The notes: generated from the sequence alone by a model not told the origin. DNA of 64,000 nt from Felis catus (GCF_018350175.1 NC_058376.1:132618001-132682000), one strand, 5' to 3'; counted from the stretch's first letter, positions 48,000 to 62,627 are shown. Translations and numbers: made by a program.

Positions 48000-48510
48000 A
48001 TATTGTGGTAATTTATTTTCCAAAAATGGCTGCAACATTTCCAGTGCTGCTTGTTCCTCCAAAACTTTGCCAGTCCCCATCATGAGATCTATGCTCCTTC
48101 CCTTGACCCTGGGCAGGACTTCATAACTGCCTCCATGAATGTAGTGTGGCAGATGTGACACGGTGTGGCAGACATGACTTCCAAATCTAGGTCGTGAACG
48201 ACTTATATGGCTCCTGTCTGGTTCTTTCTTGGGGATTTCACTCTTGGCACCTAACCACACTCCAAGGAAATGAAGGCCGCATGGGGAGATTCATGTGGAG
48301 AGAAATTGAGGTCCTCAACTCTCAGCCCCAGTTGGGTTCCCATATGACAGCAGAGGCAGCTTCTCAACCATCAGATCCCACAGCCCTCAGATAACAGCCC
48401 CAGCGTGCCGGGCAGAGGTTGGCTTCCTCCACCTTGCACTGACCAAATTGCAGATTCATAAGCAAAATGAGTGGTTATTTTAAGCCATTACATTTTGAAG
48501 TGGTTTGTTA
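48000..48510 (+). mobile_element. MLT1-type LTR
   Basis: ccaaaaatggctgcaaca...caaattgcagattcataagcaaaat...taagcca..ttttgaagtggtttgtta. Confidence 0.65.
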
Positions 48511-49804
48511 CCTATGACAGTCAGAATGATTTAAATCAACCATAGAAGTTTGTCAAACTTCAGGTTATGCAGGCCCTGCTAGGCCATGGCAGGAGTTTGA
48601 GTTTATATGGGAAGCAGTTAGAGGGTATTAAGCAGGGGAATGGCACGGTCAATTAAGTGATTCCTCTGGCTGCTGATGGGGTTTTCAGAAACCCCACTCC
48701 TTCCTGAGACAGTCACAGTTCATGACCACCCATGAGGACTCACCAAGAAGCTCTGAAAAATAGTTTAAAATTTATAATAAATTAACTAGTAATTGAAGGG
48801 AAAAGGTAATTATTTGGGATTATCCATTTTAAGTTTGATATTTTCTAATATAATCCTGCATCAGTTTTTAGAAGACTACTGAATATGTCAAAACAAACGG
48901 AGAAAAAGAACCCTGTATTCACAGATAACAGACAGGCATTTGTTTTCAGTAAAATACACATCATCAAAGAATGGCTGCAGTCCAAATTTTTCAGCCACCA
49001 TTGAAAAAAAACAAAAACAAAAACAAAAAACCAAAACCAAAAAAAAAAAACCAAACCTAAAAAACAAAGAAGGATGTGTCCTCTGAATCATAATGTGCTG
49101 AGTACTGGCGGGGGGGAGGGGGGGGGGAGTGAATCATCATACAGTGAGTGTGAAATGTATAAGGATAATTAGTGGGTTGATGGAATATAGAGACAAAAAG
49201 ATACAATAAGAGCCACTATTTTGGCATTACAAATGAATCTGAAAAGGGTGAAGATTTTCATTGTTTTGCGACTAGTATACCAAAATTGGCTCCTACATTC
49301 CACAGGCCCTGATAACATTCTGTTTCAGACCTTTCCTAGGGACATGGGCACTGTCTGTTGAATGTGTAAACTGGATGTGTCACAAAATAGATTTGTTCCT
49401 GCAAGGTAGCACAACAAAAATATAAATAAACCAAGAAATAAAATAGTATTTTTAAAGTTCTGGCTTAAGAGTGCAGAGGCAGGCCTAGCTTCCTCCTAAC
49501 TTGCTGTGTGACCTGGAGCGCCTTCTCTCCCTTTTCCAAGCCTAAGGTCCCATCCGTAAAAGGGGGTTAAACTCATTGATTTCAGTTCAAACACCCTTGG
49601 AGACTCTTTTCCCTTTTCCCTGTGTCCATTCTAGGAGTAAATAAGGACATAAACAGCATCCACATATGACAGGAACTCTTGTATTTTGTAAAACAACTAA
49701 AATGAGGACCTAATTTGTAACATGAGTCATCGTTTCCCTAGGCTAGAGACTACGCACTCCTTCCAACTCATTCATTTGTTTAGTGTTTAGATTTTCATAA
49801 TCAG

Positions 49805-50270
49805 TGTTGTGATTACTGCTAAGTAACAGAACTACCCCGAAATGTAATGACTTGAAATAACCATTTCAATTTGCTCATGGCTTTGTGTGTCAGGAATCTG
49901 GGAAGGACTCGGGTGTGTAGCAGCCGGTCTCTCTCAAGCTGGAATGGTTTAGGGCTGGCAACCCCACTTTCAAGATAGTTCCCCCACTCACATGCCTGGC
50001 ACACTGATGGGGGCAGCTGGCAGGCTCTGCTGGGTCTCTCCATGTGGTCCTCCAGCGTGGTGGTCTCAAAATAGACTTCTAACAGGACATCTGTTAGAAG
50101 AGACAGGAAAGGGGAGTTGTCAGTTTCTGAAGGCTGGGGCAGTGGCTCTTCTACCATATCCTATTGGTAAAGTTGCTACAGAGCCCATCTGCATTCAAGG
50201 GGAAGAAACATAGACACAACCCATTGGTGGGAAGAATGTAAAACAATCTGTGACATTCTAAATCTACCTC
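49805..50270 (-). mobile_element. MLT1-type LTR
   Basis: gtaacagaactaccccgaaatgtaatgacttgaaataa...gtcaggaatctgggaagg. Confidence 0.65.
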
Positions 50271-51254
50271 AAAGGAGACTGCAATATTGATAGTTTTTAT
50301 TTATTATTATTGGGCATAGTGACTCAATTAATCTTTCCAATAACTCTATGAGACAGAGATCTATATTACCTGAATTTCACAGAAGAGGAAACAAAGACAT
50401 TAAGGTTAAACCACAGGCTCAAGCCCACTCAGTTGTAGGAGCCAGGTTTTGAAACCAGGCAGTGTGTGCATGGTAAATCAATGAATTAACTAGGCTCTTT
50501 CTTATCACAACTTCATGTAATCATTAACATCAGTAATGAAGCATATTGCAAGCACTATGCAAGAGTGTGGACTTCCTATATTTCAAATAAACACCCCTTC
50601 TCAGGTGTGGATGGTCCCAGCTGCCTTTTTGGTATGGGTTTATGGATCCAGAAGACCGTGCCTGTGGGTGAGTGAGGGGTTGAGCAAAGGCACCTTCTGC
50701 AGGAATCTTTGGTACCCTTAATTGAAATTTATTGGCCATAGATGAATGGGTTTATTTCTAGACTCTTAATTCTATTCCATTGATCTCTAGATATGTCTAT
50801 CATTAAGCTAAAGCAAGTACCACATTGTCCTGATAACTGTAGCTTTGTTGTAAGTTTTGAAATTAGGAAGTGTGAGTCTTCTTTGTTCTTACTAAATTGT
50901 TTTGGTATTATGAGTCCTTTGCCATCCCGTATGAATTTTAGGGTCAGCTTGCCAGTATCTGCCAAAAAGACAATGGAATTTTCACAGGGATTGCATTCAT
51001 GTGATAGATCAATTTAGGGAATGTTGCTATTCTAACGTTAAGTCTTCCAATTCATGAATACAGGATGTCTTTCCATTTATTTAGGTATTCTTTACTTTCT
51101 TTCAGTGAGGTTTTATATTTTTTGGGTACAACTCTTATACCTCTTTTGTTAAATTTATTTCCAAGTATTCTTTACTTTTGTGGATGCTATTATAAATGGA
51201 ATTTTCATTTCATTTTTGGATTGTTCATTGCCAAGTGTATAAAAATGCAATTGA

Positions 51255-51450
51255 TTTTTAAAAATGTTTTATTTTTCTGAGAGGGCACGGGCAGGGGAGG
51301 GGCAGAGGCGGGGGACAGAAAATCTGAAACAGGCTCTGTACTGACAGGGCGAGAGCAGCAAGCCTGATGTGGGGCTGAACACATGAACCACAAGATCATG
51401 ACCTGAGCCAAAGTCAGACACTCAACTGACTGAGACACCCAGGTGCCCCC
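51255..51450 (-). mobile_element. Can-SINE
   Basis: SINE motifs. Confidence 0.88.
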
Positions 51451-53464
51451 AAACACAACTGATTTTTGTATTCAGCAATCTTGCCAAATTTATCAGCAGT
51501 AACACTTTTTTGGTGGACTCCTTAGGATTTTCTATATACAAGATCATGTAACCTACAAATAGTTTAACTTCCTTTTCCATGTGGGTATCTTTTTTTTTTC
51601 CTAATTGCTCTGGCCTGAACCTCTAGTCCAATGTTCAATACATGTCATGAGAGTGGACATCTTGGTCTTGTTCCTGATCTTAGATGGTAAGTTTTCAGTT
51701 GTTCATCATGAAGTATGATATTGGCTGTGGGTTTTTCATAGATGCTCTTTATCAGGTAAGTTTTCCCTATTCTTCCGTTGTTACCAGTGAGAAGTTGAAT
51801 TTTTGTCAAATGATTTTTTCCATCAATAGAGACAATCTAGTGCCTCCTCGCCTTTATTGTATTGATAATATATTATGTACTTCATTGACTTAGTTTTGTA
51901 TGTTGAAACTACCTGGCATTCCTTGGATAAATCCCTCTTGGTCAAGGTGTATAATAATTTCTTATGGATTGATGGATTCTATGTGATAGTGTTTTGTGTG
52001 TGGTTTTTACATCTGTATTCGTAAGAGATATCCCTGGTGTACAATGCTTTCTAGATAGTGATGGGTTCAGTTTGATAGGATTTTGTCAAGGATTTTTTAC
52101 ATCTATCATCAGAAAGGATATCGGTCCGTGGTGTTCTTTTCTTGAGATACTTTGGTTTGATTTGGTATCAGGTTAAAATCAACCACATAGAGTGAGTTGG
52201 GAAGTGTTCCTTCCACTCCTTTAAGAAAAAAAAAGTTTTTGAAAGAAAGATGGGTAATTCTTTACATGTTTTGCAGAACTCACCACTGAAGTCTTCTGGT
52301 CCGAAGCTTCTCTTTTTGAAATATTTTATTACTAATTCGACGTCTTTACTTGCTATGGTCTACTCAGATTTTCTGTTATTTTCCTGAAACCGTTTTGATA
52401 ATTTGTCTTTCTAAAAATGTGTCCATTTTGTCTAGGTTAGCAAATGTGTTGGTATGTAATAATTTGTGTTATTTATTCTTTTATAATTCTTTTTATTTTT
52501 ATGAAGTCAGTAGAATGCCCCTCTTCATTCCTGACTTCAGTGAGTATTTTTTTCTTCTTGGTCATTCTAACCACAGATTTATCAACTGTGTTGATCTTTT
52601 CAAAGGAACAATTTTGTTTTGTTGGTTTTTCTCTAATGTGTTTTGAATCTCTACTTCGTTTATTTCAGCTATATTTATTATTTCCTTTCTTTTGCTTGCT
52701 TTGGGTTTAGTCTGCACTTCTTTTTTTCTAGTTTTTTTTAAGGTCAAAGATTAGGTTACAGAATTGAGACCTTTCTTTCTTTTTACTGTTTACAGCTAGA
52801 TTTCCCTCTAAGCACTGCTTTCACTGCATCTCATAAGTTTTGGAATGTGGTACTTTTGTTTTCATTTATCTCAGATATTTTCTAATTTATTTCTTGACCC
52901 ATTAGTTATTTAGGAGTACAGTCACTACCAGCCCTTTTGGTTGCTGTTTACATGGTTGTTTATTTTATCATCTTCTTACTTTCAACGTGTGTCACTGAAT
53001 GTAAAGCGTGTCTCTTCTAGGCCGCGTATAATTGATGTCTTATATTCATTCTATTAATCTCTATCTTGTAATTATAGAGTTTAATCTACTTACATTTAAT
53101 GTAATTACTGATAAGGTAAAATTTACATCTGCTGTTTGTTTTCTATCTGCCATATCTTTTTTATTTCTCTAGTCCTCCATTCCTGGCTTATTTTGTGTTA
53201 GATATTTTCTAGGGTACCATTTTAATTCTCATTGTCATTTCTTTTATATTTTATAGTTATTTTCTTAGTGTTTGTCCTGGGGGTTACAATTAACACCTTA
53301 ATTTGTATCAATCTAGTTCAGATTAATAAAACAAAATTTCAATGCTATACAAAATCTTTTCTCCTATGTAGCTCTATTTCCTGTACCTTTGTGCTGTCAT
53401 AAATTACATTTTTATGCACACATGGTCCTTATCAACGTAATTTGTAATTGCAGCTTTATGCAGC

Positions 53465-53683
53465 TTTTATTTTTTATTTATTTTTAAATATTTATTTCTG
53501 AGAGAGAGAAAGAGCACAAGCAGGGGAGGGGCGAAGAGAGAGAGGGAGACACAGAATCTGAAACAGGCTCCAGGCTCCGAGCTGTCAGCACAGAGCCCAA
53601 CGTGGGGCTCGAACCCACGAACCATGAGATCATGACCTGAGCTAAAGTCAGATGCTTAACCGACTGAGCCACCCAGGCACCCC
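53465..53683 (-). mobile_element. Can-SINE
   Basis: SINE motifs. TSD atgcagct. Confidence 0.92.
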
Positions 53684-54192
53684 ATGCAGCTGTCTTTTAA
53701 ATCAGACAGGAGTAAAAAAGAGTTACAGAAATACATTTACATATTGTCCTTTAAATTTACTTTGCTGTTACCTTTACTGCTGCTCTTTATTTCTTCATGT
53801 GCATTTGAGTTATTGTCTAATGTTCTCTCGTCAGTCTGAAGGACTCCCTTTAGTATTTCTTGTAGGGCAGGTCTGCTAGTGACAAGTTCTCTCAGTTTTG
53901 GTTATTCTGAGAATGTCTTAATTTGTCCTTCATTTTTGAAGGGTAATTGTCCTGGATAAAGAATTCTTGATTGATATCATTTTTCTTTCAGCACCTTGAA
54001 TAGGTCAAACCTACTACCTTCTGATCTCCACTGGACTCTGATGAGAAACTAGCTGTCAATTTTATTTAGGATTCCTTGTACATGGTGATAGTTGTTTCTT
54101 TCTGCTTTGAAGGTTCTTTTTTGTCTTTTGATAGTTTGCTTATAATGTGCGTACATTAGATCTCTTTGAATTTATTCTACTTGGTGTTGAAC

Positions 54193-54632
54193 TTTTTTTT
54201 TTTTTAAAGATTTTATTTATTTAGAGTGTGTGTGTGAGCAAAGGAGGGGGAGGGGAAGAGGAAGAGGGAGAGAGAGAATCTTAAGCAGGCTCCATGCCCA
54301 GTGTAGGGCCGACATGGGGTTCAACCTCACAACCATGAGATCATGACCTGAGCTGAAATCAACAGTTGGAAGCTTAAATGACTGATCCACCCAGTCACCC
54401 TGGTGTTGAGGGTTTTTTTGTTTGTTTTGTTTTTGGTTTTGAAGTTTATTTATTTTGAGAGAGAGAGTGTGAGTGGCGAAGGGGCAGAGAGAGGGGAGAG
54501 AGATAGAGAGAATCTCAAGCAGGCTCCATGCTCAACATGGAGCCCGATGCGGGGCTGGATCCCATGAACCATGGGATCATGACCTGAGCTGAAATCAAGT
54601 CAGATGTTTAACTGAGTCAGCCAGGCAGCCCC
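54193..54632 (-). mobile_element. Two tandem Can-SINEs (54193-54400 and 54412-54632)
   Basis: SINE motifs. The target site tggtgttga is present three times. Confidence 0.9.
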
Positions 54633-57167
54633 TGGTGTTGAGCTTTTTGAATTCGTACATTAACATTTTTCAAACTTGGTCAGTTTTCAGTCATAGGTCT
54701 TCAAATATTCTTTCTGTCCCCCTTTCTCTTTTCCTTCCAGGCTTTCCCTTATGTGTATGCTGGTATGTCTGATTATGTCACACAGGTCTCTCTGTGAGTC
54801 TCTCCCACCTCCAACACACATTCCTTAGGTGGGCTACTCACAATGGACATATTTTCAAGCTCACTGATTTTTTCTTCTGCCTACTGAAATCTAATATTGA
54901 GACCCTCTATTTCAGCTATTTATTGTACTTTCCAAATCAAAGATTTCCATTTGCTTTTTAAAATATAATTTCTAAATAATTTATTGATATCTTTATTTAG
55001 TGAGGCATTCAAAAATACTTTCATTTAATTTTTTAGACATGGCTTCCTTTAGCTCCTTGAACATAATTTAAGGTCTTTGTCTGGTAAGCCCTATGTCCTT
55101 GAAGAAGGACAGTTTCTACTGATTGTTTTTCCTTTGTATGGGCCATACATAGCTTTTATATGTATCAAAACCTTTTACTGAAAATTAGACATTTTAAATA
55201 ATATAACACAGTTCTGGAAATCAAATTCATCTCCGTCCCCAGATTTGCTGTCATTGCTACTTGTTACAGAATTCTGAATGAATAGAATAACAAATTCTGT
55301 AAAGTCTGCATATTTTGCCATGTGTGGTCAATGAAATTTTTTACTCAGCTTAGCAGCTGGCTAATGATTAGACATTTCCTCAAACCCCCGTAACAACAAC
55401 AACAATAACCACAAAACATAAAATTTCCCAGTTTTTGCCAAGGGGCTGTGTGTGTATATGTTAAGGTATGCCTTCCTAACAGCCTAGCAGTTGAAAACTA
55501 GCTTCCACTTGTTTGTACAGCCTCAAAATTAGCCACAGGTGAGAGCTTAGGGTGGCCTTAGGTCTTTCACAGGTGGCAACAGCCCTGTGTGTGCATATAA
55601 CATTGTAGATTCCTAGAACTATGTAAGAGCTTTTCAAAGCTCCTGTGGATATCGATTCCCTCGGCTTTTCCTTTTCAACTCTTTGGTTAGTCTATTTGCT
55701 TGACTCAGCTCTTATCAATCACCTAAGGCAAGTGCAACATTAAGAGTCTTGCCTATAAATGTTTTTAACAAACACCCCTCCAATGAGAGTACTTTTTACA
55801 CTGGGTCCACTCTGAGTTAGTTCAACTACAGACAGCCTTATAAATGAGGTATTCCAGGAAACCATCAGGCAGGCCAAACAATGGCATCTCTTTGGGAATG
55901 AGGCTTCAAAAGAGCTCTAGCTTTGTTTTGTTCTCTCTGGTGACTAATAGACTGCATTGGGAATGTGGACTGCTAGCCATCTGCTACTGCAGGGCTGGAA
56001 TGAGGAATGGCATTAGAGCAAGTTAAAATGTCACAACGGTCACTGTTCTTACAGGTCCTTCCTCTGCCATTTTCACTGACATCAGTTAGTAAAAGCTATT
56101 TGACCACTTAGTGTCTAATCCTATTAGTTGCCTAACTGCAGGCAATTGACAGACTTCTTCCCATGCCTACACATTTATTGCTACCTAGAGGTGGACTGAG
56201 ACAAATGCCTTCAACAGAATCTCCTATCCCTTGAATTCTCCTCATTCACATTTTCTCAGATTTTAGCATTTCTTACCATGAATATCAGAACCACAAGCTA
56301 CTTTTCTCTCCTGTGTGCTGGGTCCTGTCATCTTTGTGGCAGACATAAGGGCTCAAAAGCAGGTTATACAAGAAGCAGGTCATGTAAAAACCTTACCTAT
56401 CAACATAAAAAATGCATTTTGATTATTTCTACTAGGTCTGAGACAGTGTTACTCATAGCACCCGCTATTATTTTGGGTACCAGAAATGAACTTCCCATTT
56501 TGGTGGTGGGGGGGGGGGGGTTGGCCAACTATTACATTAGCATAGAGTTTAAGTATGAGAGCTTAGTGCTAACCTGTCCAACCTTAAGCATTGTGCCATC
56601 TTCATTTTTAGTTGGAAGGTGAAGCAAGTTACATGCTGTGGACTGGGGAAGGTTGACCCAGCAGGCATCTAAGAAACACTTTCAATCAACCCAGATCAAA
56701 TGATAATCGATCCCTAGGTTGACCTATGACATGCTTTTGGGTCAGTTAGCCTCAGCAGAATCCCCTGGTTTACTTTTGTGGATTAGCTCACCCTCTCAAT
56801 CTATCCTTTCCTGCTTTTATTATTTTGTTACTTCAACATTCTTCCACTTTCTCAGCAAAATCTGTGTCTCACATCAGAATTTTTGTGTAATCCCCTGGTG
56901 CACAAATGGCAAAGCATTCTTTATCCCCAAGGACCTCTCCCTCCTATCCAGTTATTCTCACAAATCCTTCTTTACAGAGTAATCACGTTCTGTCATCTTT
57001 CTTGTCTGTCTCCCCAACTAAAACATGAGCTTCTTGATGGCAGTGACCTCACCAGGTTTATTATTGTATCCCTGGTACTGCTCCAGTATTTAAACAGTAT
57101 TTGTCACAGTATATGTACTTAAGAAGTGTTTGCTAAAGGGCTAAATAGGCCTTAAAAGTAAAAATGT

Positions 57168-57372
57168 GGGGCGCCTCGGTGGCTCAGTCGGTTCAATGTC
57201 TGACTTTGGCTCAGGTCATGATCTCACGGTTCGTGAGTTTGAGCCCCACATCGGGCTCCGTCCTGACAGCTCAGAGCCTGGAGCCTGCTTCGGATTCTGT
57301 GTCTCCCTCTCTCTCTGCCCCTCCCCCATTCACACTCTGTCTCTCTCAAAAATAAACAAATATTAAAAAAAA
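57168..57372 (+). mobile_element. Can-SINE
   Basis: SINE motifs. TSD aaaagt.aaaatg. Confidence 0.93.
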
Positions 57373-58729
57373 GTGAAAATGCAGTTTTTCTTAAAGTTTA
57401 GAGAAGGGTAAAGAAAATATTTTAAGATTAAACTACTGGCTTTTCTAATTAAGGAAATAGCACTTGAGCCTGTATTTCAGTCCTAATTTAAGAGAGAAGA
57501 CCACTAAAAATCTTAAGTGCAAGAGAGTAAAATAACCATAAAGAAATGAGAACACAAAAAAGAAAAATGAAGTGGAGAAATAGAGACTTACACAAGTGCT
57601 GGAGAGGGTGAGATGGAGAAATGATCTAGATAGAGTGGAGCACTTTATACACTAGCTTTTTTTTTTTTTTTTTTTTTTTGCCTTAAAAGTAAGTCACTTA
57701 GCCAAGCTTTACTTTCTATCTTCCATTAGACTGGGCTCTAGTTTGAAAGGGATGGTCACAGTTAAGATCCAAAAGGGGACTGGTACTACATTCTTCTGGA
57801 GTTTTAGGTAGGCAAAGAGTTGACTTCTCCACCTCTGGAAAAGGGCAAATCCAACACCTAACCGATCAGTTCTGTACTGTCAAAAACTTTACAATTCAAA
57901 ATAAAGTTTTGCTACCCAGTTTTATATCTGAACCACCTACACCACCAGAAGGGGGACCACAAGAAAGGAAGGAGCCAGAAAACAAAAGACTACCAAGAAT
58001 GCCCATGGACAAATTGCAAACAATGACAGACTGGTTGACTCATCATTTCAGGGCTAAGTGAATTGTGGGAACTGAACTCAAACTATCCCTCCCCAGTGGG
58101 CAGAACCAAATGGCCCCATCCCACTGAGGCTGGGGTTGGCCATGTGACTTGCTCTGGCCAGTGGAGTATTAGCACATGTGACGCATGCAGAAGCATGAAC
58201 TGTGTTTGTGTGATTAGGCTTGCCTTCTTGTGCTTTTGTCATCATCACTGAGAACTTCTGGACAACTTCTGCAGTCTAGTCCAAGTCCGAAGAACACAGA
58301 TGGAGCAGACCCGAGCTCAACTCATGGCAAGTAGTCAAGCTCAGCCAGATCTCCAGCTTGAAGCAGTCACCCAGCCAAGCCTGTCAGCCAACCTGCAAAA
58401 GCATGAGTGAGAACGATTATTTTAGGTTGAGCAGATTTGGGGCAGCAATAGCAACTGAAACCTAAGTACGTATCATTCTCTTAGACTCATCGCAAGGGCA
58501 AATCTTGTTCCCTTTTCCTTCACTGCAACATGCCCAGAACCTAGCAGTTTCTGTACAGAGCAGATGTTCAAAAAACATCTGTTGTGGTCACATTTATGTT
58601 TCTTCTAAAACTGGGGAGGGAGGAGAATAACACTGAAAGGAACTTACATAATTGAGTTGTCAGGAATGTGGTCCAACTTGAAAATCACCAATTTCAGCAA
58701 AGACCAGAAAGCATGTTAGAGATCATTAG

Positions 58730-58970
58730 TTGGATAAGAGCACAGACAATGGAAATGACTGCTGGGATTTAAATTTAGGCTTCAGGAATTACTGGCCAGG
58801 CAATTCTGGGGAAAAGTCACTTCACCTCTCTGCCTCATTCCTCACCTGTTAAATGGTACTATTAATAGTACCTACCTCATAGGATAGTTCGTGGATTAAG
58901 AGATGTACTTCAGTTTCTTACAACCTCGCCTCGAACATGACAAACACTGTACAGGCATTTTGACTTATCA
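58730..58970 (+). mobile_element. MIR
   Basis: aagtcacttcacctctctgcctca.tcctcacctgttaaatgg..aatagtacctacctcataggat. Confidence 0.7.
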
Positions 58971-59641
58971 TTACCAGCATAAGATGATTTTGAGCAAGGT
59001 TATTAAAGTCCTTTTTGCCTGCTCCTCCAGTCACCTATTTATATCTATTTGTTCTCACTTTTGTAGCTCATCTCCGTGCATGTGTATAATTAGCTCTTTT
59101 GTAGGTCTGCACGGTCTTTTTGTGTTCTGGAGTGCTAAGTGCTAACACCTATTCCATCCTCTCCCTTTCACCAGCCATTTTACAAACTACTGATTTTGCT
59201 CTTCTCACCTAGGCTAATATTTGCCCCTCTCCACCTGCCCAAAATATAGCTGTTCCTCCATGTCCAGTCCCAAGGTCATCTCTCCCAAGAAAGCCTGTTT
59301 TGATCTTCCTTTTGTTCTCTGACCTCCCCTAGCAGTTCATCTCAATTATACTTTTGTCCTTTCTATTTTCAGGTATATGTCTTTCCATGATGAGATGAGA
59401 ACTCCTAGAGGATACCACCACGCCTTCTAGGTTCACTTTCTGCCCATCCCCACCCTCAAGTATATGGCAGGCAAGCAATAAATATTTGTTGAGTGAATAT
59501 TTGAAAAACCCCATTAGGCTCATCTAAATTCTAAAACAGCTTTTGTGAGAAGTCAAGTTTTTAAAGAAGGGTAAAAACTAGTCAGAATACTAACTAGCCA
59601 TTAAAAGATAAAGAAGTTTGAAAAAAAAAGTTTGCGCGTAA

Positions 59642-62627
59642 NNNNNNNNNNNNNNNNNNNNNNNNNNNNNNNNNNNNNNNNNNNNNNNNNNNNNNNNNNN
59701 NNNNNNNNNNNNNNNNNNNNNNNNNNNNNNNNNNNNNNNNNNNNNNNNNNNNNNNNNNNNNNNNNNNNNNNNNAGTGTCTTGTTAAAGGAAGTCATTTGC
59801 TATTACCACCATTTCCCCCAAAGTAGTTCTAGAGCAGAAGCTGGTTTTACTATAATACACATCAGATATTTCAGATGTCATCTTCCATGCAGAAGTTAAA
59901 AAAGCAAACAGGCTCTTCTATTCTGTGAGGATAAAAACCACTTCAGAGCAGGGCCTGAATGCTTTTAACATACAAGGTGTAACTGTAAAGGAACTTACTG
60001 TGGCCCTGTGTTCATTCACTGAAGCTGTCTGTGTATGTACTCCAACCATACTAGTGCTGCTCAAATCCTATTTGGACCAGTAGCTTGGGATTTCCCCTCA
60101 TTAGGTTCAGACCAAAGAAATGGCTGATCAGTTGGGGACAGACTATCACAAAATGCGATCACAAAGCAAGGAAACAGATTTCCTAGTGGGCAAGCAATTG
60201 AAATAACCACCTCACAATTTCAGCAGTGGCATCATTTACATAAAGTGATGCAAGATCTAAGTTTTGGTGTGTGTGAGGAGAAATTAAAAACAGCTTGTTA
60301 CTTTATAGCTACACCTTGGATTTCATTAGATGGGTAAATCTAACAGTGTGTTTAATGAGTCCTTCTGGAAATCACTTCAGCAGGTAAGTCAAACAGCCTG
60401 TAAAAGAGAAGACATGGCAGAGGGCGTAAGATTCATCCTTCCAACGTTCTCAGCGTTCTCTTGGAGGACAGACCCNNNNNNNNNNNNNNNNNNNNNNNNN
60501 NNNNNNNNNNNNNNNNNNNNNNNNNNNNNNNNNNNNNNNNNNNNNNNNNNNNNNNNNNNNNNNNNNNNNNNNNNNNNNNNNNNNNNNNNNNNNNNNNNNN
60601 NNNNNNNNNNNNNNNNNNNNNNNNNNNNNNNNNNNNNNNNNNNNNNNNNNNNNNNNNNNNNNNNNNNNNNNNNNNNNNNNNNNNNNNNNNNNNNNNNNNN
60701 NNNNNNNNNNNNNNNNNNNNNNNNNNNNNNNNNNNNNNNNNNNNNNNNNNNNNNNNNNNNNNNNNNNNNNNNNNNNNNNNNTTTTTTCATTTTTTTCAAA
60801 AGGTACAATAGAAAATGTAGTCCACTGTCTTTAAAATGCATATTCACCTTCCTACCACTAACNNNNNNNNNNNNNNNNNNNNNNNNNNNNNNNNNNNNNN
60901 NNNNNNNNNNNNNNNNNNNNNNNNNNNNNNNNNNNNNNNNNNNNNNNNNNNNNNNNNNNNNNNNNNNNNNNNNNNNNNNNNNNNNNNNNNNNNNNNNNNN
61001 NNNNNNNNNNNNNNNNNNNNNNNNNNNNNNNNNNNNNNNNNNNNNNNNNNNNNNNNNNNNNNNNNNNNNNNNNNNNNNNNNNNNNNNNNNNNNNNNNNNN
61101 NNNNNNNNNNNNNNNNNNNNNNNNNNNNNNNNNNNNNNNNNNNNNNNNNNNNNNNNNNNNNNNNNNNNNNNNNNNNNNNNNNNNNNNNNNNNNNNNNNNN
61201 NNNNNNNNNNNNNNNNNNNNNNNNNNNNNNNNNNNNNNNNNNNNNNNNNNNNNNNNNNNNNNNNNNNNNNNNNNNNNNNNNNNNNNNNNNNNNNNNNNNN
61301 NNNNNNNNNNNNNNNNTTTATGGAACTTCACCCAGATCTGTAATACCCCCTACATACGTGAAATCATTCTTACTGGGAAAGTGACAGTTACAGTAAAAGC
61401 AGAACCATATAAATGGTTATTTAAAAACCTAAACATCAGCCTTTCTGTTATTTGAAAGGCAGTCTTCCATTTCGGCAGGCAACTGCTTCCTTCCCCAAGT
61501 AGTAGCATGTTTAAATCTGAATAGGACCCAATACAGAAATGCCTTCCAAGAGACCCGATGATGTTAACGTATCAGTAACAAGGGATTTTCTTTTGATTAT
61601 TCACCAAACAGTGAAAACAAAAATCCCCCAATCCATTGTGGAGGCACAAAAGTAACATAAGAGACAAAGCTGTACCATCCAAAGTAGTGAGGTTGAGAAC
61701 TCCATTTCCCAGGACCATATAGCTGCAATAGGGTGAAAATAATCTACTTTTTTGATTTCACGAAATTTTCTTCTTCTAAGAAATTCTTTACATTTTGAAA
61801 CAAAAATAGTTCAATTTTAAACCTAAACCATTCAAAAGTGGGCAACAACAGCCCGACTCCAATCTATCTCATGTCAACATCACCAGTATTTTCACCCTGA
61901 CTGCACTCAGTCAGCTGGTTTTTAATTCTAATGTTATAAAAGTTGGAATTTTTAAATTTTTATGTAAAAGAAAAAATGTAAAAATACATCTGCTTTCTCT
62001 CATGGTTTAATACAGTATTCGAAGGCTTTCAGATGTTTTCTTAAAAAAAAATCAACGTTTAAAACCAAATCTCAGCTTCATTTTCAGAAATATTAAAGTT
62101 TGGTTTAGATAATGTCTCATTTCACCTATTCCAGTTTCCACAAAATGGCATTCTATTAAAAAACTTTTAAGTTACTTGGTCCTTTGGCAATTTGCTGTGC
62201 ACATAATGCCTACTATACCAAACTTTTATTGCCCTTAAATTTAGTTGTAGTTTTATTGGTAAATTTTTAATCTAGTGTCCTTATCTCTTCTTTTAGAATA
62301 GTGTTGCTTGTGTAAGCAGATTAGGGTGCACAGTGTCCCAAATTATTCCTGGCACTGCAAAACCAAATTAAACAACTCCACAAAGTAACTTGACATCAAA
62401 GTGTTTTTCTCTGGTCAAGTCTATTTCAAGATTCTAGAAGTTCCTTTTGCAAAACTTGCCTTTAAAACTCTTCTTCCTAATGTATCACATTTCTCATACT
62501 TGCTCACTCTGTGATCTCTCCTTTTAGGTCGAATTTGTACGTGAATAAGAAAGTGCCTTTTTCCTGAAAAAGCACAATCTGAAGCGTTAGCGTCAGAACT
62601 CCTCACTTAGACCTCTGGCTCAGCCTC
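59642..62627 (-). other. ANKRD28: ANKRD28 long 3'UTR (distal end inferred)
   Basis: Repeat-free AT-rich stretch downstream of the stop. One AATAAA on the minus strand at ~62225. U-rich element just past the gap at 59590-59640. Confidence 0.65.

Larger units (their letters stand above)
50725..56000 (-). mobile_element. Large degraded L1M element with several SINE insertions
   Basis: Decayed ORF2-like peptides on the minus strand (KLTLKFI, DQWNRIKSLEINP, TKPKASKRKEIINI..EINE). Confidence 0.75.

Noticed and set aside
60330-61384. Long ORFs (337, 182, 157 and 152 aa)
   Set aside because: Artefacts of translating through N runs.
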